64,000 bases of DNA from an uncultured delta proteobacterium (GTDB lineage Bacteria; Desulfobacterota; Desulfobacteria; Desulfobacterales; SG8-13): the NCBI GenBank assembly GCA_963825595.1, contig CAWGUE010000034.1:99377-163376 (forward strand), read 5' to 3'. The notes beneath the pieces were generated by a model. It saw nothing but the letters and a program-made list of their open reading frames with translations. It made no database searches and had not been told where the DNA came from. This document shows, in pieces, positions 47,791 through 55,895 of this stretch. Position 1 is the first letter of the stretch; the number at the start of each line of letters is the position of its first letter. The translations under genes and the position numbers were made by a program.

Positions 47791-49512
47791 ATGAAAATCC
47801 GCAACACCGACATTGCCGAACTGTTCAAGAGAACGGCTGATTTTCTCGAGATCGAAGGCACCAACCCGTTCCGGGTGCGCGCCTATCGTAATGCCGCCCG
47901 GACGATCGCGGGTCTTGCCCGCACGGTCACCGATCTGCTGGCCGAGAACTCGGATCTGACAAGGCTGCCCGGAATCGGCAGGGAACTCGATGAAAAAATC
48001 AAGGAGATTGTTCGGTCCGGAAAGTTGGGCAAGCTCGAAGAACTCGAAGAGCGCGTGCCGCCAGGCCTTCACCGGGTTCTCGACATTCCCGGCCTCGGAC
48101 CGCGCAAAGTCAAAGTCCTTTTCGACGATCTAGACATTCGAAACATCGAAGATCTGAGGCGAGCGGCCCGGGAAGGACGTATCCGGGAACTGGCGGGGTT
48201 TGGACCCAAATCCGAAGAACGGATCCTGAAGGATGTCGATCGGCTGGACAGTCATGATAGGCGAACACTATGGATTTCGGCCGAAAATGTTGCCCGATCA
48301 CTGACAGAATACCTGGGTCACGAATTTTCAGTTGGGGACCTTGTGGTCACCGGAAGTTTCCGGCGCCGGAAAGAAACCGTTCGTGATCTCGATATTCTGG
48401 CCGCCGGCCAGGATCCGATGGCAATCATGACGGGCTTCGTAAATTTCGATCACGTCGATCGCGTGCTTTCCCACGGCCATACGCGCGCGTCGATTCAGTT
48501 GCGTTCGGGCCTCCAGGTCGATCTGCGGGTCGTTGACCGCGAATGCTTCGGTGCGGCCCTGCACTATTTCACAGGCTCTCAGGCTCATAACATCGCCATA
48601 AGACGGCTGGCTCGGCAGAAAGGGTTGAAAATAAATGAGTACGGGGTTTTCGAAGGCATCCGACGGATAGCCGGCCAAACGGAAGAAGATATTTTCGCCC
48701 AAGTGGGCCTGCCCTATATCGCGCCGGAGCTGCGTGAGGACTGTGGCGAAATCCAGGCCGGCCGAGAAAATCGCCTGCCCTCTCTGATTTCATTGAAAGA
48801 CATTCGCGGAGACCTTCACTGCCACACGGATGACAGCGATGGTCACAACAGCCTGGACGAGATGGCCCGTCAGGCTGAACTCAGGGGATATGCCTACATA
48901 GCGGTCACCAATCACACGGGAAGCCTGAAGATCGCCCGTGGTCTTGAGACCGCCGACGTCAAACGCCTGCTCAAAAGAATCGATCGTGTTAATCAGAAGT
49001 TGCCTCATGTGGTGATATTGAAATCGATGGAGGTCGATATTTTAAGAGACGGAACCCTTGATCTGCCAAATGACATCCTGAAAGAACTCGACTTCACGGT
49101 CTGCTCGATCCATTCACATTTCGGTTTGTCGCGGACCGAGCAAACCGAACGCATCATGAGGGCAATGGACAATCCCTACTTCAACATCCTGGGGCACCCG
49201 AGCGGCCGCCTGCTCAATCGGCGCCCGGCTTATGAGGTGGATCTCGACCGCCTGATCGGGGCGGCTGCAGAACGGGGCTGTTTCATGGAACTCAACGCCC
49301 ACCCCGAGCGCCTCGATCTGGATGATGTTCATTGCCGCATCGCCAAAGACAAGGGCGTCCGGGTGGCCATTTCAACCGACGCTCACCGTATCGACGACTT
49401 CGATTTCATGCGCCTCGGGATTGCCCAGGCCCGCCGCGGCTGGCTCGAACCTCAAGATGTGCTTAACACCAGAGGGCTCGATCAACTGATGAAATCGTTT
49501 AAGCGCTCCTGA
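47791..49512 (+). CDS. polX: Family X DNA polymerase with C-terminal PHP domain
   Basis: The 573-aa ORF has an N-terminal HhH region (NPFRVRAYRNAARTI, LPGIGRELDEKI). It also has the nucleotidyltransferase motif GSFRRRKETVRDLDIL and the PHP motif DLHCHTDDSDGHNS. Confidence 0.92.
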   Translation: MKIRNTDIAELFKRTADFLEIEGTNPFRVRAYRNAARTIAGLARTVTDLLAENSDLTRLPGIGRELDEKIKEIVRSGKLGKLEELEERVPPGLHRVLDIPGLGPRKVKVLFDDLDIRNIEDLRRAAREGRIRELAGFGPKSEERILKDVDRLDSHDRRTLWISAENVARSLTEYLGHEFSVGDLVVTGSFRRRKETVRDLDILAAGQDPMAIMTGFVNFDHVDRVLSHGHTRASIQLRSGLQVDLRVVDRECFGAALHYFTGSQAHNIAIRRLARQKGLKINEYGVFEGIRRIAGQTEEDIFAQVGLPYIAPELREDCGEIQAGRENRLPSLISLKDIRGDLHCHTDDSDGHNSLDEMARQAELRGYAYIAVTNHTGSLKIARGLETADVKRLLKRIDRVNQKLPHVVILKSMEVDILRDGTLDLPNDILKELDFTVCSIHSHFGLSRTEQTERIMRAMDNPYFNILGHPSGRLLNRRPAYEVDLDRLIGAAAERGCFMELNAHPERLDLDDVHCRIAKDKGVRVAISTDAHRIDDFDFMRLGIAQARRGWLEPQDVLNTRGLDQLMKSFKRS

Positions 49513-49687
49513 TGTCTGCGCGGCGTCAACCGGTTTGGGTCGATAGTTATCTGTCAAAGGTAACTGGATCAAAGAGTGACTCAAGCCGTTTGGTCATGAA
49601 AACCGGCAGCATGAAAGCGGCCCGGTGAATATCGGCATTGTAATACCGGGTGACAATGCCTGACGCTTCTATCCGCTGCAGGTCTAA

Positions 49688-49773
49688 ATTCGTCTCTGGT
49701 CTTGGTTAACTCCTGGAACTGTCAAACTTTGGGAGTCACCCCAGAAATGCTGGGGGTTTATCGATGATTATTA
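49688..49773 (+). repeat. Structured repeat, copy A (two hairpins plus ATCGATGATTATTA tail)
   Basis: It is alignable to 51191..51277. Helix 1 is ACTCC (49709-13) paired with GGAGT (49732-36). Helix 2 is CCCCAG (49739-44) paired with CTGGGG (49750-55). Confidence 0.5.
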
Positions 49774-50211
49774 CACGGTTCTAAACTGGCAAATCAATGG
49801 CATGGTTCATCACGCAAATTTTTTTAAATAGATAATTTGTGTTTTTAAGGTCAAGGAAAATCCTAATATCATGTAAAAAATCCCTTCTCGAAGCTGTAAA
49901 ACCTTAAGTGAGGCCATCTGTACGTGACCATTGGCAGAATTTGGGTTGAGATGTTTTCAAAACACCATCGAACACCCAATCCGCCGCGGGTTATCCCGCC
50001 TCAGGTGGGCGAAAAAGTTGCGATGTTGTGGGCCTTCAGGATGAGTGTCAGGGGCCCCGCCCATGACACTGAATACATACGCCCACGTATGCTGCGTTTT
50101 TTCGTCGGCCCACGCCTTGCACTTGGGCGTGATCTAAGGTTTTGAAACCACCTCATGACATCACATGACAAAATTTTGTTATTACTCAAAATTTAACTGA
50201 ATGAACTCTCC

Positions 50212-50274
50212 CCGCAGCAAGCTGCGGAGTATCTTACAGTACGAATTTCTTCAATTTTATCGAAGCGAGCTTCG
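50212..50274. repeat. Two short palindromic hairpins related to the 51.1-kb palindrome
   Basis: One is CCGCAG-CAAG-CTGCGG (50212-27) and the other is CGAAG-CGAG-CTTCG (50261-74). The first shares the GCAGCAAGCTGC core and a nearby TACGAAT with 51132..51175. Confidence 0.35.
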
Positions 50275-50452
50275 GGGAATTAGACCCCAAGAGATTAAAC
50301 CCGACTGCGAATCTATTCGTCCGCGCGCTAACAAAAATCTAACACTAAATCGTTTGACATGCTGCCGAGCATAACCTACTTTCCCAGCGCATTTTATTCT
50401 TTGTCTTTGAGATAGAAATCGGTTTCATAGAGTTTATTTGATTGGAGGGAAG

Positions 50453-50728
50453 ATGATATCAGAGGATTGTCGCATCGAAACATTTTTCGATGCAATCGAA
50501 GGCAAGTCCTTCACGGAGGCAATCACCCTGGCAAACATGGAAGCAACCGAGGCGGAACGTCTCCTTCTAAAAAGTAAAAATCATCCGAATGATGAATGCC
50601 CTTGCGATTTTGAGTATGTCGACAGGCTGAAAGAATTTATCCTTTTCAGCCGCTGCTCGGTGATGAGAAACAGGATTTCCAAAGACAAGTACCACAAGCT
50701 TTTCAATGCTTACCTACAAAGCATTTGA
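50453..50728 (+). CDS. Hypothetical 91-aa protein
   Basis: The ATG at 50453 is preceded by GGAGGGA. There is no recognisable domain. It is the only plausible ORF between the two structured repeats. Confidence 0.45.
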   Translation: MISEDCRIETFFDAIEGKSFTEAITLANMEATEAERLLLKSKNHPNDECPCDFEYVDRLKEFILFSRCSVMRNRISKDKYHKLFNAYLQSI

Positions 50729-51131
50729 CCCGACCACCCAGCGAGCCAAATCAGAGCTCGCGAGGCAGTCGGTAACTGTGGTCCGCTTCACCTGCAGCAC
50801 TGTAAGCCTTCAGTCCGTGGAATGCTCGGGTCCGGAAAAGTGTGATCAAACCTCTATATAGCCATTCCTCTCCGGTTTCATCCCGATGAAGCAAGCAGTG
50901 CCCCATTACTGTCAGATTGATTGCGAAACCACTGATGTTTTCCGATCCCCACTAAATACACCAACCCTTGTTTGATCGACAATGTCGAATTTCCGCCACC
51001 AATCCATATCGACAACAATTGGGTTTCCCTTCATGAATCCAATTCTGACTTATCCGATTTTTAAGATGCCTTGGGCTCCACGCTCGAGGACTGCGGTAGG
51101 CCAAATAAAGCCGTCGTGATAAAATGGGCCC

Positions 51132-51175
51132 AACTACGAATCTCCCTGCAGCAAGCTGCAGGGAGATTCGTAGTT
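51132..51175. repeat. Perfect 20-bp palindromic hairpin with a CAAG loop
   Basis: AACTACGAATCTCCCTGCAG (51132-51) pairs with CTGCAGGGAGATTCGTAGTT (51156-75) around loop CAAG. It sits about 100 nt downstream of the 1049-aa gene on the minus strand. Confidence 0.6.
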
Positions 51176-51190
51176 TAGTGTTATATAACA

Positions 51191-51277
51191 ATCATCGTCT
51201 CAATTAGTTGTTACCTCCTGAAACTGCTAATCTTTGGAGGTCTCCATAGAAAAACAGGGGATTACCGATGATTATTA
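51191..51277 (+). repeat. Structured repeat, copy B
   Basis: Helix 1 is ACCTCC (51213-18) paired with GGAGGT (51236-41). Helix 2 is CTCC (51242-45) paired with GGGG (51257-60). The tail CCGATGATTATTA overlaps the stop codon of the 1049-aa gene. Confidence 0.5.
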
Positions 51278-54200
51278 TTCCGAAAACCGCTTCATGACTT
51301 CGAGATATTCCGGAGAGCGGGAGAGGTAGAAGGAGAGGGCCCGGGCAAAGTCTTTCCCCAGAACGCCGTCGATGAACATCTGGCTGATTTCCCGGTTGCG
51401 ATCCAAGGCGAACTGAGAGGTCACCAGAACCTGGCGGTCCTCCTCGCTGATGGTGTTGAGCAGACGCATCAGGGCCGTGCGGGCACGCGGCTGGTACATC
51501 CAGAAATAAAGCATGTCCAGGACATGGACCATGATAATCTTTTCCAGGTCGCGCGCCTCGGCATTGGTCCTGCCGTTATAGCGGCATGGTTTTTCGAGGA
51601 TCTCACGGGTGCCTGTTTCGGGAAACATGACTTCCAACTGGGCATAGACACTAAAGAGCCCGGAGACTTTTTTGCGATATTCCCGGAAGCGGGATTGAAT
51701 GTTGGTGTAGCGGTCGCTGAGACCTTCGATAATGCCGGCGACAAAATCCGATGCCGCCTTCGAGATGACAGCCGCCCACCTCTGAAGAACACCGTCGACT
51801 CCAGGAACACCGGCGAGGTTTAGCAAAGAACCGGCAGCCGCATTGAAAGCGATGGCAATTGGAATCGACAGCACGCTGCGGAAGAAATTACCCACGATGA
51901 CGCCCCGGGGAAATCCACGAAAGGCATTGTGGCTGGAGAGGTAAATTCCATTGGCCAGCGCCATGAATGTATACAAGGCCATCGGATGGTTGGCGGTGGT
52001 AATGCCGAAGCCCTTGTCCAGGATGAGGGTTTTCACGACCAGGTCGAGCAATGGCACCGAAAACCCAGTGTATAGCAATGAATCGGTCAGACGATCCCAG
52101 CTGACGTAGTCGTTCCATCGCAACAGGGGCGACCGCCTGAGTCCTCCCCCCCCGAGAACGGACTGCAGAATATTGCGCAATCCGGTGATGCCGAACCAGA
52201 TGAAGGCGCCGCCGTATGCCAGCACCCACCAGTCTTTTGTCAGGGCAAAGGTGGTGAACGCGGGAACAAAGCCGATCAACACCTTGAGAGTGTTCTTGAG
52301 ACGGGTATTCATGTAGCGCCAGGAAACCCGTTTGTGATGTTGGTTCAACGGCGGTGGTTCAAGGTAAAGCTCGTTGGTAAGCTCCTTCTGAACACCGCCG
52401 AGGGTGACGATTTCCCCGGGTTGTTTCATCCGGATTGACTTTTCCTCCACGTACCAGTCTTCGATGCACCGGTGGCCCAACCGGCGAATGACCGGCATAC
52501 GTCCTGCCGTTTGAATGAGGGCCCGCAGGAAACGACCGTATCCCCTGTAAGGCACAAACGTCAGTCGCCGCAAAACCGTCATGGTCATCGGAATGATTTC
52601 ACGATTTTTCCCGGCCTGTTGGGCCACTTCTTTTCTGGCACGGGGAGCCAGAGTCTCGATAACGGCCAACCCCATACCGTGCACCCGCGGGGAGCGACCG
52701 GTGGAATCACTCCCGATTCTGGCTTTCAACGGCGTTCCTTCGTAAAGCGCCTTTAGGTGAAGAATATCGTGCAGAATTGTCTTCAGCTTCCAGACCCGAT
52801 CGGTCCGATCGGGAAGATCCGAAGCCTCCAAGCTGTTAATAATCTTGCGAATAATTCGTTTCAGGCTGATGACACTGCCTTCATTGAGAGCCTGCTGCAG
52901 CATGTTGATGTCGGTCAGATGGGCGGTGTTACCGTCGGCATAGTCTTTGAGGTTGAATATTTCGAGCCGGGTGACCATGCCCTCGCAGTCATAGAGCAAC
53001 TCCAGGACATCCTCCACCTTTAGATTACTGAGATTGAGAGTGATTCGATGTCCGGAATGCAGGCCTGTCAGGCGTTTGATCAACTCGCAAGGGCTCAGGC
53101 GCAACAGATCGGGAACCTCCGGACCGTCGCTGGGAATACCCGGGTTGGGGAGATTCGGGTTCTTTTCCGGCCGCAGAAGCCCCTCCAGCAATAGTTCGAT
53201 GTCCATGCTGTTGAGGGCTTCGATCTCATCGCGTATGTCGCGCTGCACTTTGGCATCAGCGCCGTTGCAACGCTCACGTAAGGCAGCGACGCGCACATGC
53301 AGAGCGGTCAGTAAATGTTGATGAATGAATTTGGAAAGATGCAGAGTGGATTTCTGGCCGAGGGCGACAAATTTAAGAAATGCGGTTTCTTCCAAGGGAG
53401 GCAGCTCGATCCGGTAAGTCTCGGCAATCTGCCGTCGGTGGGTCTGATTAAATTCTTTCAGCAGTGCCAGCACATATTCCTGCTGATAGGCTGAAACCAC
53501 CCGCCCCTCTTCCATCATCTGCATGACCGGAACTTCCGCCAGGAAGCACAGGAATGCCTGGGAGTCGGGAAAGCCCCTTGGCACCCAAATCACCTGCACA
53601 TATTTGCCTCGAAAGCGGGCCGAAAATTCGATGCCGATGCGTACGTCGACCCCCATGATGGCAGCCGCTTCCAAAAGCTCGGCGGCAAATCGTGGTTCGA
53701 TATAATTGTAGTGAATGACTCGCAACCGTCGGATACCCTTGATCCAGGCATCCATTATAAGGTGAGTGGATGATTTGCGCCCTTTGGTGTTGGCGTCGTG
53801 AACATGGTCGTCAAATGCGATCTGATTCCATTCCTCGGGCATTTCCAGCAGATGGTATTGCCGAAGCTGCTCCCGCACGAAGCGTGGCTTTCCGGTGGCC
53901 GTCATCCGAAAATCATGCGCCAGCTCGAGTTGGCGGCGATAATTGCCATGAGACCTGACCAGTTCCTTCATGATCTCCATTAATACCCGGGCGGTATTTT
54001 TAGGCATGGTTCCGGCAGCCGTGTCGAGAATTTCGTCCCGAAGTGACCGTAAGGCACTGAGACGTTCATCCACTGCCCCGACCTCAAGCGAACTGAGAAG
54101 GTGGACAACGGCGTAGGCGATACGCAAGCCCTTCGATTCGGCCATTTCCTTGATGCCGTTGGGATGAAAATACGGATAATAGATTCTGCGGGTGTATTCG

Positions 54201-54343
54201 AAGGTTCGGTCCCGATTCAGAACACCGGTGACAATACGCAGCAGTTCGTGGTCGCGTCGGTCAAACAGTATCCTCGGAACCCTTTCGGATATATTGTCAG
54301 GCGGCGACTTCCGCTGCCGCATTTCTTCCCTGAAATCTTTCAT
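51275..54343 (-). CDS. Large uncharacterised protein: soluble N-terminal region of about 690 aa, a multi-TM region, and a soluble C-terminal region of about 150 aa
   Basis: The ORF 51275..54424 has an ATG at 54343 (MKDFREEMRQRK) or a GTG at 54424. Hydrophobic segments include LIGFVPAFTTFAL, VLAYGGAFIWFGITGL, ALYTFMALANGIYL and SVLSIPIAIAFNAAAG. I could not assign a family. Confidence 0.75.
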   Translation of the reverse strand: MKDFREEMRQRKSPPDNISERVPRILFDRRDHELLRIVTGVLNRDRTFEYTRRIYYPYFHPNGIKEMAESKGLRIAYAVVHLLSSLEVGAVDERLSALRSLRDEILDTAAGTMPKNTARVLMEIMKELVRSHGNYRRQLELAHDFRMTATGKPRFVREQLRQYHLLEMPEEWNQIAFDDHVHDANTKGRKSSTHLIMDAWIKGIRRLRVIHYNYIEPRFAAELLEAAAIMGVDVRIGIEFSARFRGKYVQVIWVPRGFPDSQAFLCFLAEVPVMQMMEEGRVVSAYQQEYVLALLKEFNQTHRRQIAETYRIELPPLEETAFLKFVALGQKSTLHLSKFIHQHLLTALHVRVAALRERCNGADAKVQRDIRDEIEALNSMDIELLLEGLLRPEKNPNLPNPGIPSDGPEVPDLLRLSPCELIKRLTGLHSGHRITLNLSNLKVEDVLELLYDCEGMVTRLEIFNLKDYADGNTAHLTDINMLQQALNEGSVISLKRIIRKIINSLEASDLPDRTDRVWKLKTILHDILHLKALYEGTPLKARIGSDSTGRSPRVHGMGLAVIETLAPRARKEVAQQAGKNREIIPMTMTVLRRLTFVPYRGYGRFLRALIQTAGRMPVIRRLGHRCIEDWYVEEKSIRMKQPGEIVTLGGVQKELTNELYLEPPPLNQHHKRVSWRYMNTRLKNTLKVLIGFVPAFTTFALTKDWWVLAYGGAFIWFGITGLRNILQSVLGGGGLRRSPLLRWNDYVSWDRLTDSLLYTGFSVPLLDLVVKTLILDKGFGITTANHPMALYTFMALANGIYLSSHNAFRGFPRGVIVGNFFRSVLSIPIAIAFNAAAGSLLNLAGVPGVDGVLQRWAAVISKAASDFVAGIIEGLSDRYTNIQSRFREYRKKVSGLFSVYAQLEVMFPETGTREILEKPCRYNGRTNAEARDLEKIIMVHVLDMLYFWMYQPRARTALMRLLNTISEEDRQVLVTSQFALDRNREISQMFIDGVLGKDFARALSFYLSRSPEYLEVMKRFSE

Positions 54344-54658
54344 CAGTATAACATTATGAAATATATACAAAAATGTAAAGGGAAAACCACCTTGTCTCTC
54401 TCTGGTGAAGAACCATAGCAACACCGAAGGCTCTTTAAAAAATGATATAACATACCAAACGCACTGCAGGCTGGCGTGGGATATTGACAGGCGCCGCCTT
54501 ATGAATCATGATGCATCGGGTGCCACCATTAAGGCGCTTTGCTGTCGTTTTTATAACGTTAAGTGTTTTCACGCGCAAGTCCCGGTTATACAGCTGAGGG
54601 GCTGTCGAACGGATCCTGGGACGGGTAGGTGGTTTATGGCGACATTGTGAGGTCCTGA

Positions 54659-55264
54659 ATGCCGAAAAAGATTATGATTGCCTGTCACGAATGTGATCTG
54701 CTGCTTTGGCTCGGGCCGCTTCCGCCAGGAACGCTGGCCCGCTGCACCCGCTGCGGTGCGGTGTTGTCTCGCCGCCGGCGCAGGAGCCTCGAACGGACCC
54801 TGGCCCTGACCATCGCCGGACTGACCCTGTTTAGCCTGGCCAATCTATTTCCCTTTATGGCCATGACGATGGAAGGCCAGTACCGACAGATCGTCTTGTT
54901 GACCGGCATTAAGGAACTGTACCTTCAGGGGATGCCGGAAATCGCCGCACTGGTGCTTCTGACCACAGTCGTATCGCCGTTTCTGCAGCTGACGGGGCTG
55001 CTGTATGTCCTGCTGCCGCTGAAATTAAACCGGCTGACTCCGGCAATCTGGCGGGTATTCCGCTGGGTCCGCTACCTGCAACCGTGGAGCATGCTGGAAG
55101 TGTTCATGCTTGGCATTCTGGTAGCAATGGTCAAACTCACAAAAATGGCGGACGTCGTCCCGGGGATCTCCCTCTACTGTTTCCTGGCGCTCATTTATGT
55201 CCTGGCGGCCATCACCGCCTCCCTGGACCCAAGCCGCGTGTGGGAAAAATGGAGGGAGGTCTGA
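54659..55264 (+). CDS. pqiA: PqiA-like membrane protein, first half-gene
   Basis: The 201-aa ORF has a zinc-ribbon-like N-terminus (CHECDLL...CTRCG) followed by TM helices. Confidence 0.8.
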   Translation: MPKKIMIACHECDLLLWLGPLPPGTLARCTRCGAVLSRRRRRSLERTLALTIAGLTLFSLANLFPFMAMTMEGQYRQIVLLTGIKELYLQGMPEIAALVLLTTVVSPFLQLTGLLYVLLPLKLNRLTPAIWRVFRWVRYLQPWSMLEVFMLGILVAMVKLTKMADVVPGISLYCFLALIYVLAAITASLDPSRVWEKWREV

Positions 55265-55884
55265 TGACATCAGCGAAGATCACCGCCAAAGACGCCGACC
55301 TGATCAGCTGTCACAGCTGCCACCTCCTCTGCCGGCCGGCTGCATCGCAGGACCGCCGCCCTATTCGATGTCCACGCTGCAGTGCCACCCTGCATCAACG
55401 CAAGCCCCGCAGCATAAAACGCACCTGGGCGCTGTTGATCGCCGCGTTAGTCTGTTATATCCCGGCGAATATTCTGCCGGCAACAATAGCCAGCTCCTTA
55501 GGAGACGTACAGACCGACACCATTATGAGCGGGGTGATTTATTTCATCAATACCGGTATGTGGCCGATCGCCCTGATTATTTTTATCGCCAGCATTCTGG
55601 TGCCGTTGTTGAAGCTTGCCATACTTTCCTTCCTGTTGGTATCGGTGCAGCGCCGTTCGACCTGGCGTCCGAAGGATCGCGCCCGTTTTTACCGCCTGAC
55701 CGAGGCCATCGGACGCTGGTCCATGGTCGATATCTTTGTCATCACGATCACGGTCGCCCTGGTAAGAATGGGTGCGGTGGCATTTTTTGAAGCCGGTCCG
55801 GGACTCGTGTTTTTTGCCGCGGTGGTCGTTTTGACCATGTTTGCCGCAATGAGTTTCGACCCCAGGCTGATATGGGATAAATAA
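55264..55884 (+). CDS. pqiA: PqiA-like membrane protein, second half-gene
   Basis: The start ATG at 55264 overlaps the upstream stop (TGATG). The sequence begins MTSAKITAKDADLISCHSCHLL...CPRCSATL and is followed by TM helices. Confidence 0.8.
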   Translation: MTSAKITAKDADLISCHSCHLLCRPAASQDRRPIRCPRCSATLHQRKPRSIKRTWALLIAALVCYIPANILPATIASSLGDVQTDTIMSGVIYFINTGMWPIALIIFIASILVPLLKLAILSFLLVSVQRRSTWRPKDRARFYRLTEAIGRWSMVDIFVITITVALVRMGAVAFFEAGPGLVFFAAVVVLTMFAAMSFDPRLIWDK

Positions 55885-55895
55885 GGAGTTCCGCA

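Noticed and set aside
49975-50020. Sixth MITE-related fragment (CGCGGGTTATCCCGCCTCAGGTGGGCGA resembles the reverse complement of the MITE core CGCGGATAATCCCGCCATGGCGGGA)
   Set aside because: The similarity is limited to about 25 nt and there are no flanking termini. It could be chance in GC-rich DNA.
50850-51060. Short minus-strand ORF fragments (MKGNPIVVDMDWWRKFDIVDQTRVGVFSGDRK... and ...EEWLYRGLITLFRTRAFHGLKAY...)
   Set aside because: They are protein-like in composition but only 38 and 51 codons long, in different frames, with no start context. I cannot assign a family. They are mentioned only as possible pseudogene debris.
49688-51277. Integron gene-cassette or attC interpretation of the hairpins and repeats
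   Set aside because: No intI integrase is present. The 51.1-kb palindrome is perfect, whereas attC sites need extrahelical bases and RYYYAAC/GTTRRRY boundaries. There are only two units.
49688-51277. CRISPR array, retron or DGR interpretation of the repeats
   Set aside because: The repeats are not regularly spaced short units. There is no cas gene, reverse transcriptase, or template/variable repeat pair in the window.
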